A DNA stretch of 63,960 bases, counting the filler, from Ionaspis alba (Eukaryota): NCBI GenBank assembly GCA_964255285.1. It is 5 parts of 5 records of this genome, joined end to end, with 100 filler letters (N's around TTAATTAATTAA, not from the genome) between each part and the next. Parts side by side here need not be neighbours in the genome. Positions count along the whole stretch, not along the records: positions 26,454 to 39,553 come from CAXUUL010000476.1; positions 39,654 to 52,745 come from CAXUUL010000477.1; 3 more parts are not named here. One strand, given 5' to 3'. The notes under the pieces are model-generated. The model worked only from the letters and a program-made list of their open reading frames with translations, was not told where the DNA came from and did no database searches. Shown piece by piece: positions 38,316-49,876 of the stretch; positions within the stretch are counted from its first letter, which is position 1; the number at the start of each line of letters is the position of its first letter. The position numbers and the translations under genes were made by a program.

Positions 38316-39137
38316 TCAGCTCAAGCGACTTCGCTTACCGCTTCCTCCTATTCCATCTTTCCCATCACCGAGACTGCCGATATCGAAGAAGTCACCGAAT
38401 GCTATCCTGCGCTTGGATCCAGCACCATTACCGAGTGCACGTAAGGAGTTTGATGATCGCGTATTGTGTCGATTGGAATGATTATTGTGTCGATGGGGAG
38501 TCCGAGGTCCACGTGGTAGGACCTCGACACGAACTGACGGGCTGATCGTAGGGTTTTGGTTGCTTGAGACGAGTTCCGGTTGTTGTATGATCTCAGTTGG
38601 CTGCATCTCGATATCGTGTGGAAAAGGATGAGGTGAGCGGAAGGAGAACGCTTCTGACCTAGCAGAGACAGTGTTCTGCTGTAGAATGGACAGAGGAAGT
38701 GGAGGTGAGCGGGCGTCCTCCACCCGTACTGGTGAGCTTGATCTGCTCAAAGGTTGTTGTCGGATCGGCTCGGGAACGGATTTGTGGACTATCGTAGGCG
38801 ATGGGCTCCCAGAAGGCTTCTCGCCGTCCCCTCGCTCATCGTCACTATCGCTTCCGGCTTGGCCTTGTCCACTCCCGTCTAATCTTTCTGTAGCCCATTG
38901 CCTAACACGCCAACCCTCACCATCCCCTAAACCTAGGTTCTCCTTGTCGAGGAATGTGAGTAGAGCGTCTAGTGCATCTTGATATCCGGCTTGCCTCGCA
39001 TGAGCTTGGTCTATCGCGGCTGTCTTGTAGAGGTTGGTGACTGATAAAGCAGCTGCTTTGAAGTCTTGAATCAGCTTTTCTGGTGGTTGAATGGATGACG
39101 TGGGCAGTGATTTATTGAGGCTCTTCATCGAGTCCAT
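38316..39137 (-). CDS. Conserved fungal hypothetical protein
   Basis: 273-aa ORF with a helical FKAAALSVTNLYK..GYQDALDALL..GLGDGEGWRVRQWA block and a basic C-terminus (KRRI, GKRSRLS). Confidence 0.75.
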   Translation of the reverse strand: MDSMKSLNKSLPTSSIQPPEKLIQDFKAAALSVTNLYKTAAIDQAHARQAGYQDALDALLTFLDKENLGLGDGEGWRVRQWATERLDGSGQGQAGSDSDDERGDGEKPSGSPSPTIVHKSVPEPIRQQPLSRSSSPVRVEDARSPPLPLSILQQNTVSARSEAFSFRSPHPFPHDIEMQPTEIIQQPELVSSNQNPTISPSVRVEVLPRGPRTPHRHNNHSNRHNTRSSNSLRALGNGAGSKRRIAFGDFFDIGSLGDGKDGIGGSGKRSRLS

Positions 39138-39553
39138 TCTATTTGGTCCTAGTTAAACAAGAGCAGTGTCAGCAAATTGTTTCGGACAGGGCAAGAGATC
39201 TATCACAGCATGTGGACGAGAGGAATGGATGTGATCGTACTTCCGCCTCAGCCGCTGTCTAGTACAGATGATGACTTTTGCCGGTCCACGGTGCTCGAGT
39301 ACAAGTCGAAGCGAGAGGTATTACAGAAGTAAGGACTGTATTATGGAGGAGATGACCAAGTATAGCGTTGAGATCAGTGATGTGGTCGATCGGAAAAGGT
39401 GGTGGCTCCAGCAGGTTTAGGTTGGGCGCTGATTCGGGATCGTGGCTGCTAGCAAGGAATGAATGACCGACAGGGTTTCGGAGTATCACTTACGAAGCGC
39501 CTCGGGAGGATCACAGTCACAGTCATAAACTAGTCCATAATAGGATAAAATAC

Positions 39554-39653
39554 NNNNNNNNNNNNNNNNNNNNNNNNNNNNNNNNNNNNNNNNNNNNTTA
39601 ATTAATTAANNNNNNNNNNNNNNNNNNNNNNNNNNNNNNNNNNNNNNNNNNNN
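39554..39653. other. Artificial scaffold linker (44 N + TTAATTAATTAA + 44 N)
   Basis: Spacer at 39598-39609. Confidence 0.97.
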
Positions 39654-42600
39654 GCACTGCCTAGGTACATAGAATTCAGTCAGGGCAGGTCATTGTTGAT
39701 CTCTGTTCTGTCGTTAAAGAACTAGTCGAGAATAGCCTGGATGCTGGTGCCACCTCGATTGGTATGTCTGGAGCTCACACATTATTTCAGAGCGTCAATC
39801 TAAGTATTGCAGATATACGTTTCAGATCCCATGGGCTTGAATTGATTGAGGTTCAAGACAATGGGTCTGGGATATCCAAGGATGATTATGAATCCATCGG
39901 TAGGCATCGTCTAGTGAGATGTGTCATCTGCAAGCAGCTGAGAGATTTCAGCACTCAAGCATTACACGTCGAAGCTCTCCAGCTACGAGGATCTTGTATC
40001 CTTGAAAACTTTTGGATTCCGTGGTGAAGCTCTTTCATCACTTTGTGCACTCTCGAATGTCCATATCATTACTGCCCAGGAGGAAGAAGTACCAAAGGGC
40101 ACAAGGCTAGACTTTGAGACCTCGGGTAAGCTGCAAGCTACCCAGGTGGTTGCCAGCCAGCGCGGTACTACTGTTTCGGTTGAGACTATCTTCAAGAACC
40201 TCCCTGTACGACGTCAGGAGTTGGAGAAGAACATCAAGAGAGAGTATGGCAAGGTGCTTGCCTTGTTACAGGCTTACGCCTGCATTAGCGTCAACGTCAG
40301 ATTCTCCGTGAGCAATGTCATGGCCAAAGGCAAGAAGTCCATTGTGTTTGCTACTAAATCGAATCCTTCTACGAGAGACAACATCGCCAATGTTTTCGGT
40401 GCTAAGACGCTATCGGCCTTGGTGGTTCTTAATCTTGCCTTCGAAATGCAAACGAGTGCTGGGGCTCTTGGCACTGAAGAGGACGGATGGTGAGTTTGTC
40501 TCGACCAATAATGCGCTTTCTATAACACTGGAAGTTGACCAACAAGTGGCAAGCAAGTCCAAGTGCTCGGCCACGTCTCACGGCCGGTGTTCGGGGAAGG
40601 CCGTCAGACACCAGACCGGCAGATGTTTTTCGTCAATGCTAGACCATGTGGACTTCCTCAAGTGGCTAAAGTCTTCAATGAGGTATACAAGACTTACAAC
40701 CTCTCACAATCACCATTCATATTCGCCAATGTGATACTTGACACAAGTACGCTCTAAGGGAAATCATCCGCTCTACGATGCTGACTTCTGAGAGATGCTT
40801 ACGACGTAAATGTATCACCCGACAAGAGGACTATCATGCTGCACGATCAAAACGCTTTGTTGGAGTCAATCAAGGTATGCAAATTCATGGCTGACTCCAC
40901 TCAAGAGGCTGATTAGCAGACGTCGTTGACCGAATTATTTGAGCGACAACAACAAACAATACCGCAATCTCAGCAAACGGGACAGCAGCTTCCTCTTTTC
41001 AAGCCACCGACAATCAATCGTCAGATCCAACAAGTTTCAGGTTCCCCAGCATCAAGAGTTCCGATCTCATCCAACGAGACAAACGGATTGAGAGCGACGA
41101 CGTCCAGTCTAGGTCGATCCGATGATTCTTCACGGCCTTCCGCAAACGGACAGGCAGAAAACTTGATACATCGATTCCTGGGGCGAAAAGCCCAAGACCG
41201 CGTCTCTGAAGTTGCAAGCAAGTCAAAGGTGGCGAAGTACAACGAAGGAGTATCAGCCGATAAACAAAAGCTCGTGAACAAACTTTCGAGAATGGCTGAA
41301 AATGTCAACCAGGTAGACGACTACGAAGATGCTCAGGACATTGCTGCATCCGATGCATATCGTCGAGGCATGGATGTTCCGCAGCGTGATTTCAATCAAC
41401 GAATAGCTGAGCAGGAAGCGCTGGCGCGACAGGGGACAGAATTAGAACCAACAACCTCTCCTGTAGACGAGGAACCAATTTCATCTATTACCAACACTCC
41501 AACAAAGCCAGCTTTGGGTGTGGTCCCAAATGCATTTGATCGTATGCGTCCTGCACGAACACCCCTTCAAACGGCGACAATCACCATTGGGTCGAAAACG
41601 ACGACGACAACTATTGGCAATCTTTCCTCACAACCGGGCTTAGAAGTGGATTGGCAGAAAGTACTTAACCCACCTTCATCTTCACCTGTAGGCCAGCATT
41701 TTGGTAACTCTCTTCGAGTGTTTTCAGCGCCAGGCAATCAGCGGATGGACTCGCCGGCTGAAGAAAGCAACGAAGATGCGGAGACGCCTGGCAGTCCTCG
41801 TTCTAAAGTGTCTGATGAGCCCGAAGAAGGGCAGAGAGTTCCTAGCAGCACTGGGAGCCGCACTGGTCCTGAGAGCGATGCCGAGGATGTGAGTGATGCT
41901 GGTGCTGACACTGCTAAAGATGTAGAGGATGGTGGTGTTTCTCTGCTACAAATGGAGAACTCCGACTCAGACGAGGAGTACCTGGACGAAGAAGCGAAGA
42001 AGGCGAAGGAAGACGCAAAAGTTGCTCATTTGATACACGAAGCCGAACAGAGAGCCGCCAGACCAAGTCAAGACAGCTTAAAGCGAGCAAACCATATCAT
42101 GAAAAGGACTGGAGCTAAGGATTCGACAAGTCAGTTCATGCAGACTGTTGATACATCTCTTCAACTCATCGAACAACAAATCCAACATTTTGAGGCTAAG
42201 AGGCAGCAAGGTTCGCCACAAGATATTGCTGAGACAGACCAAGCAGTTGCTGTCGATGCTCAGACAGCAGAAGAGCGTCTATCTCTAACAGTCTCGAAGG
42301 AAGATTTCCTGCGAATGCGAATCATAGGCCAATTCAATCTTGGATTCATAATCGCCGCTCGCCCTGCACATCAATCCGACTCACCCAAGGGCCATGTTCC
42401 CACAGACGATGAGCTGTTCATCATCGACCAGCATGCTTCGGACGAAAAGTACAACTTTGAGCGATTGCAAGCGTCGACAATAGTGCAGAATCAACGTCTT
42501 GTGCAACCAAAACAGCTTGATCTCACAGCCATCGAGGAAGAGATAATCATAGAAAACCAAGATGCCCTAGTCAACAACGGCTTCCTCATCGAAGTCGACG

Positions 42601-43175
42601 AGAGCGGCGACTCCCCTGTCGGCCAACGCTGCAACCTCATCTCTTTACCCATGAGCCGTGAAGTCACCTTCTCCACCCGGGATCTAGAGGAACTACTAGT
42701 GCTTCTGGCTGAGTCACCTTCCACTGCTACTTCTTCAGCAATCGCCAACAGTACCTTCCACGCCCACATTCCCCGACCAAGCAAAGTACGGAGAATGTTC
42801 GCCATGCGTGCTTGCAGGTCGAGTGTTATGATTGGCAGAACGCTCACGGAGAAGCACATGGAGAAGCTGGTGACCAACATGGGGCAGGTCGACAAGCCTT
42901 GGAATTGTCCCCATGGGCGGCCGACGATGCGACATCTGGCTGGACTGGCAACCTGGCAGTCCTGGAAAGAGGGAGACGGGGTTGTGGGTATGGAAGAGGA
43001 GGGAGAAGCTAGGGATCTGGCGTGGGAGGATTGGCTACGTGGAAAGGCAGATAGTGAAGAGGAAGAATTGGACAAGACAGGCGACGCTGGGGAGGAAGAA
43101 GATGACGGCATGAGGGATGAAGCCACGTCGAGCGTTGGCAGTGAAGATGTTGAGGACGATACTTCCAGGAATTGA
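39654..43175 (+). CDS. PMS1: DNA mismatch repair MutL homolog Pms1 (human PMS2 ortholog); first exon missing
   Basis: VHRIQSGQVI..VKELVENSLDAGA, DNGSGI, TFGFRGEALSSL, YDVNVSPDKR, endonuclease motif DQHASDEKYNFE, ACRSSVMIG, CPHGRP. Confidence 0.95.
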
Positions 43176-43379
43176 AGACGGATGATATCAGAGATACCCA
43201 AGATGTGGCTTATGTTCGCCTTATCTGCTGTTATAGATAAACCCCATTTCTCATATCCGCCAGGACTCGCAAGCTGTGTTGCTGCCTCACGTCTACTCTG
43301 GACCTGGAAGTCCATCTCTTTCACTTGGTTCACTACGAAACTCAAGTAAGCGTTTCCTCGCCCATTCCGAGCCACTTCA

Positions 43380-43997
43380 CTACACGTAGTCGATTACCAA
43401 CTGGACATCCGAGCAAGCCGCGGGCGCCGTCTCAAATTTGATCTTCCAGAACAACTGAACGGCCGGACCATAGGGAAGGGTATTGTTGCAAGCTACAAGC
43501 TATCATGTTAGAATCGTCTCTCAACCCTAAGTCCTCATACGCGGCGAGCGTCACTCACCATAGAATCCTCCACTCAACGGATTGCGGTACTTGATAAACC
43601 CCTGATCAACATTCACCCCCTTCGTCCCAGCACCCGCGTTGATCTCTACGGGATTGTTTGGCAAACTCTGGTCGATTACAAAGCCATATGGAAAGCCAGA
43701 ACCAGCATAGTCGAAGATGAGATCACCTTGGGCGTTGGCGATTTCATCGGCAGTACCGTTGATGTGGCCGACGATGCCACTTATTCTTGGCGACTTCGGG
43801 CTGAGAACGGCGTAGTTGAAGGCTGGGTAGATGTGGTATGGTTCGAGGACAAGATTCTCGAAGCTGGGGTTTTTGGTGTCGAGGACGTGGGAGTGGAGTC
43901 TGAAGGAGGGAGAGGAGTCGCGCGGTTGCAGTGTAGGGAGTGCGAGGGTGAGAGGAAGGGACAGGAGGGGAACAAGGGTGCCAATAGCAAAACGCAT
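43380..43997 (-). CDS. Small secreted protein; 2 exons
   Basis: Signal peptide MRFAIGTLVPLLSLPLTLA. After the GTGAGT..CTAAC..TAG intron it continues FYACNNTLPYGPAVQLFWK..ACSDVQLVIDYV*. Confidence 0.78.
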
Positions 43998-44299
43998 CTT
44001 TCTGTTTGTGAACAGGAACTTTTTGGAGTCGATTTTATGAGACGGTGGAGGAAGTCGGTCAAACGAGATCTTTATATAGCGTACTTCGAGGTGTTACACA
44101 AATTGGGAAAGAGCATCAAAACTCTACACCGGATTCGTGCAAAGGAAGTGGATGTACAAGAACAAATACGAACTTCTAGGTCANNNNNNNNNNNNNNNNN
44201 NNNNNNNNNNNNNNNNNNNNNNNNNNNNNNNNNNNNNNNNNNNNNNNNNNNNNNNNNNNNNNNNNNNNNNNNNNNNNNNNNNNGACGTTTCGAACACAA

Positions 44300-44670
44300 T
44301 TATTGTGTTCGAACTTCACCGTCTGCCTCCACTGTTATGTGGTCGTTGGTCTTCAGGGTGTGGACCGCATCGGCGGGGAATTCAGCTCTGTATCTCTATA
44401 AGACAGTGCTCACTCCCTTTGTGCCTTTAAGTTGTGCTACGTACGTGAAGCCCTTCATCAAGGTGAACTCGTGCGTAATCTTGCCGCCTTGCGACGTAAC
44501 CGCCTCCTTAGCCCTGGGATATGTGAGAAGCAGTTCATATACGAGCAGATTGTTCGCACTTGTCGAGCTCAGCAGCGGAAGCGTTCTCCTTGAGTGTCAC
44601 CTTAGGAAGTCACTCTGGTCAGCAAAGATACAGTCCATATACGTGGACTACTTACGTTGTAATTGGGCAT
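44300..44670 (-). CDS. Stand-alone peptidase inhibitor I9 (Pbi2/POIA-like subtilisin-propeptide-fold inhibitor), 70 aa, 4 exons
   Basis: Exons 44670-44656, 44600-44560, 44513-44445 and 44387-44300 give MPNYNVTLKENASAAELDKAKEAVTSQGGKITHEFTLMKGFTAEFPADAVHTLKTNDHITVEADGEVRTQ*. All introns are GT-AG. Confidence 0.88.
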
Positions 44671-44988
44671 TCTGGTAGTTGTCGTGTGGTGTACAAGTCG
44701 ACGGGTGAGAAGTCTGAACGCCGAAGAAGCTATGATTGAAAGAGTCCCTCTATTTGTAGTATGATGGCAATGCTAGTCTATGAAGAAACAGAATTGCTGT
44801 ATCTAGGACGCGCTGACAACGATAAAGCCTCTCAGCTAGCCTGGCATGTCATCCCACCAAAGCCCCACGAAGCTAATGACGCAATCCCGGTAAAACGATC
44901 TCCCTAGCGCAGATTTTGGTCCAAAAAGTTCGGGATATCAAATCCAAATATTGCGTAGGGTTTTGAAGTTGCGGCGTAAAGGTCGACG

Positions 44989-47900
44989 ATGGACAACCAG
45001 GCCAACAGACCTCACCGCAAAACCAAGGAGAAGAAAAAACACTCTGGAGGTAACGAACCCATTCTTTAGTTACTACGCGCCAATATACTGACGACTGGAA
45101 GGGCCTAATCCGAAAGCCTTCGCCTACGCGAATCCTGGTCGGCTGCAAAAGCAGGCGGCGCGCTCTCACGATGTATGCTCAGTGTGAAAAGATTACTATG
45201 GGGAAAGGCACTTATCGGAGAATAGGTCAAGGAGAAGAGACTACACGTCCCTCTGGTGGACCGGCTGCCAGAGGAAGCGCCCCCGATAATAGTTGCAGTC
45301 GTGGGACCTCCTGGCGTAAGAAATTCCGCACTATATGCTTCAGGTTCAGAGGTCTGATACCTCGGACAGGTCGGCAAGACTACGTTGATCAAATCTCTCA
45401 TCAAGCGCTACACCAAAAACTCCCTTACCTCCCCCAGCGGTCCGCTCACAGTCGTTACCTCGAAGCGACGGCGATTGACCTTCATAGAATGTCCCGCCGA
45501 CTCCCTCGCAAGCATGATCGACGTCTCGAAGATTGCCGACATCGTCCTACTCATGATAGATGGCAACTTTGGTTTCGAGATGGAGACAATGGAATTCCTC
45601 AATATCCTTTCGGCGAGTGGCATGCCAGGGAATGTCTTTGGGATATTGACGCACTTGGACCTGTTCCGAAAGCCAAGCACGTTGCGAGATGCTAAGAAAA
45701 GATTGAAGCACAGGTTCTGGGGCGAGCTATATCAGGGTGCGAAACTGTTCTATTTGTCAGGAGTCATCAATGGACGGTATCCTGATCGAGAGGTACACAA
45801 TCTGTCAAGATTTATTTCAGTCATGAAAAATCCAAGACCACTGATCTGGAGGAACTCGCATCCTTATTGTCTAGCCGACCGATTTCTAGACCTTACAGCA
45901 CCTACAACCATCGAGGAAGACCCGAAGTGTGATCGAACTGTTGCATTATACGGATATCTGAGAGGCACGAATTTTCCTGCAGATGGTGCTCGAGTGCATG
46001 TACCTGGTGTTGGTGACCTGGGCGTTTCATTGATTGAAGCGCTTCCAGATCCCTGTCCGACACCTTTTATGGACCAAGCAATTGCCAAGGCATCAGGGAA
46101 AACTGGACGTCGAAGATTGGGAGAAAAGCAGAAGTTACTCTTTGCCCCAATGTCGGACGTGGGTGGTGTCTTAGTGGACAAAGATGCCGTCTACATTGAT
46201 GTCAAAACGTCGACTTTCGACAAGGACGCCGAAAATAGTGAAGGTCGAGGTTTTGGGGAGCAGATGGTCGTGGATTTACAAGGTGGGCGTAGGCTGCTTG
46301 GAGAGGTCGAGGAAGGAGTAAGGCTCTTTTCTGGTGGAGGTATGCTCGCTGCGAATGACGCAGAAGAGGACCAAGGCCATATTGGAAGGAAGGAAGCTCG
46401 GACTGCTCGGGTAGCAGAAAGTGATGCGCAAGACGACGAGTTCAATGATGGAGAGGAAGACTTCGTGAGCGGCGAAGAAATCGACGAGAATGATGAGGAG
46501 GACGACGAAGCCGCTGAGCTTGAGGGTGAAGAGATTCCTCCCAACAGACTTGGTCGCATATTCAAGTTGGCTGACGACGATACCAAAGTCAACCCCTCAG
46601 ACGGAGAAATTGCATTTGCGGATAGTGACTCGGAACTCGGCTCTATTTCAAGTGTCGAGGATCAGGAGCTTGAGAGTGGATTGAGCGATGAAGAAGATGA
46701 GCTGGCGGACGACGCCGAGGGAGATCTTGGCGCCTCAAGATGGAAGCAGAACTTGAGAGAAAATGCAAGCAAGCTTCATGNNNNNNNNNNNNNNNNNNNN
46801 NNNNNNNNNNNNNNNNNNNNNNNNNNNNNNNNNNNNNNNNNNNNNNNNNNNNNNNNNNNNNNNNNNNNNNNNNNNNNNNNCTTGGCGCCTCAAGATGGAA
46901 GCAGAACTTGAGAGAAAATGCAAGCAAGCTTCATGGTACCCACCAGCGATACCGGACCTCCGATCTTGTACGGATGTTCTATGATGAGAGTTTGACACCG
47001 GCTGAGGTAGTCCGGAGATGGAGAGGAGACGTAAGTCCTTCAAGGGAGGAGGTTGCAGCGAGTAACGGAGCGGACAGCAAAGAAGACGGAGATGACTTCT
47101 TTCGGAAAACGAAGAACGTTGAGGATGATGACATCCTTGAGAGTCGAAGTGTTCCCAACTATGACTACGAGAAGCTTGCAGCAAAATGGAGTATGGAAAG
47201 CAATATTGAGGAAATCCGAAGTCGTTTCGCTAGCACCAGGTTGTCAAAGGAGGAGCGAGAAAACGGTGACGAAAACGGAGCTAGCTCGGCTGCAGAAGGG
47301 GATGATGATGAAAATGACGAGGGCGATGGAGAATTCCAAGATCTTGAAGCCACAGAAACCAATGAGAATCCGCAAATCTCTGACAATGAATCAAACACTA
47401 TTGAAGCTGAGCGGGAGAAAAATGCTCGACGAAAGGAGGAATTGAAATTGCGATTTGAGGAAGAGGACAAAGAAGGCTTCGCCAACGATAAGACTAATGG
47501 ACGGAGAGATGGAAACGAAGGGGAAGAAAAGTTCGGTGAAGATGATTGGTATGATGCTCAGAAAGCTCAAATTCAAAAGCAGCTCGCCATCAATCGGGGT
47601 GAATTCGAATCGCTGGACGAGCAATCACGAGTACGCGTCGAAGGATATAAAGCGGGAACTTATGCCCGTATTGTCTTGGAGAACGTGCCTTACGAATTTG
47701 CGGCCAATTTCAATCCACGCTACCCAATCATCATTGGCGGTTTGTCATCCACTGAGGAAAGGTTTGGATTTGTGCAAGTACGCATCAAGCGACATCGGTG
47801 GCATAAGAAGATTTTGAAGACCAATGATCCTCTCATCTTCTCCCTCGGCTGGCGCAGATTCCAGACTATGCCCGTGTACAGCATATCGGACTCGAGAACA

Positions 47901-48863
47901 CGGAATCGCATGCTCAAATACACGCCCGAGCACATGCATTGTTTTGGTACATTTTACGGACCACTCATTGCGCCAAACACTGGATTTTGTTGTGTTCAAT
48001 CCTTTTCCAACAAGACTGCTGGATTCCGGGTAGCAGCTACTGGTGTGGTGCTGAACGTCGATGAGAGCACGGAAATCGTCAAGAAGCTTAAGCTCACTGG
48101 ACATCCATATAAGATATTCCGGAATACTGCTTTCATCAGGGACATGTTCAGCACATCCTTGGAAATTGCTAAATTTGAAGGAGCGAGTATCCGAACCGTC
48201 TCCGGCATTCGAGGGCAAATAAAACGTGCCTTGAGCAAACCGGAGGGACATTACCGAGCTACCTTCGAAGACAAGGTCTTGATGAGCGATATCGTCTTCC
48301 TCCGGGCCTGGTATCCGGTCAAACCTCACCGTTTCTACAATCCAGTCACCAATCTCCTCGTCGAAAGCACTGCAGAAGATCCGGAAGAAGGCTGGAAAGG
48401 AATGAGGTTGACGGGAGAGGTCCGAGCAGCAGAGGGAGTACCAACTCCACAACAGAAGAACTCAGCATATCGACCAGTCGAAAGACCTACCCGACATTTC
48501 AATCCGCTCCGAGTACCGCGTCAATTGGCGGCAGATTTGCCTTTCAAATCACAAATAGCAAACATGAAGCCGCAGAAAAAGGCGACCTATATGCAGAAGC
48601 GAGCCGTGGTGCTCGGAGGTGAGGAGAAGAAAGCAAGGGACCTGCTGCAGAAAATCATGACCCTTCGGAACGAAAAGGTGGAGAAGAGGCGGATAGCGCA
48701 GGAAGCAAGGAAGGTAGGGTATCGGAAGAAGGTGGCCGAAAATGCGGAGAAGAAGCAAGATCGAGAGAAACGTGAGAAGGATGAGTATTGGAGGAGGGAA
48801 GGCAAGAAGCGGAAAACGGTGGGTGGGGGAGGTAGCATTGGAGGCAAGAGGAGGAAGAACTGA
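44989..48863 (+). CDS. BMS1: Ribosome biogenesis GTPase Bms1; 4 exons, interrupted by an artefactual gap/duplication
   Basis: [74 protein letters not shown]. Confidence 0.96.
46726..46935. repeat. 55-nt exact direct duplication flanking a 100-N gap inside BMS1 (assembly overlap artefact)
   Basis: 46726-46780 is identical to 46881-46935; removing 155 nt fuses the two BMS1 ORFs in frame. Confidence 0.92.
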
Positions 48864-49876
48864 GGAATCTCAATTGCATCCTTTGTTCGGAGAGCATATA
48901 GACTAGGGCTAGGGGGCATATGTCGGTGCGGAGTTGGCATGCATAGCGTAAGGATATCCATCTTCGAGACATTGATTGCTCGTAAGGTTTCGACCGAGGT
49001 CAAAATCGTTCACCTATTAACCATCTGGATCTACTATGTACCATGTCGTAAATAATCGCACCAGATACCCCTTTTGTATAGTCATTGAGATTGGCGAGAA
49101 ATCTTTTGGGACTCCTGCCGGTCCAGTCATCTCAATTCGGAGTCGTCTAGCACACCGATACAATCCCTGTCCTACTGCACTGATGCTTTCCACACGGACG
49201 GAGTATGTCGCAATCGCGGAGTGGCGATATGTTGATCGCTCATAAGCACGAACTGCCGTTCTCAGCCCCAGGACCCCAGAACAATCAGCAGAAGAAAACG
49301 ATTTGACACGAAAGAACACATGTGGTGCAGAAGACTCACCTCCAAATAGCAATCCACCCCGGGGCGGACGCTACCGTTACATGGCTGAACCTCCGCGTCC
49401 ACCAATCACGCCCTCGAAGCGCCCAGCGAACCGAGTTTCACTCTCGGCGAGCACAACCCTATCCCACCAATCAACCATGCTATGTAAAGACATCAACGGC
49501 CTTGCTGAAGAAACGAGTGCGCAATCCCGACACCCAGCGCTGGCAAGTGCTTCGGTGCCTGCTGAAGAAGTCCTGTACAATGCCACCCTTGCGATGGACT
49601 AATCCCACCACAGGATTACCTTGACGCTGAACTCTATGAAGCGTGTCACCCTCCTCCTGGAATTTCGTGGTCCGGGCCGGAGTGAGCCTGTCGTTTGGAT
49701 GGTGGGCCGAGGGGATTGTTTTGCTGCTGGGATGTCGCGGTGTCTGGGGTAGAAAGGGTGTATATTTGGAGGGTTGCTGCTGATCTTGTTTTATTTTTGT
49801 TCTCTACTTTTTTTATTCTTCTAGAGGATGAGAGCGCTGGTTCTGCTCGTTGTTTGTGAATAACATTTTTGTAATC

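Noticed and set aside
1..43175. DNA-repair cluster (HUS1 + PMS1) or ubiquitin cluster (ITT1 + F-box + RING)
   Set aside because: HUS1 and PMS1, and ITT1 and the F-box/RING genes, lie on different scaffolds joined artificially.
42491..43375. 294-aa minus-strand ORF, and similar long antisense ORFs at 47745-48452 and 51914-52801
   Set aside because: Antisense shadows of PMS1, BMS1 and the PDK-like gene; no recognisable motifs.
43728..44678. 316-aa plus-strand ORF
   Set aside because: Antisense shadow of two real minus-strand genes; it reads through an N gap.
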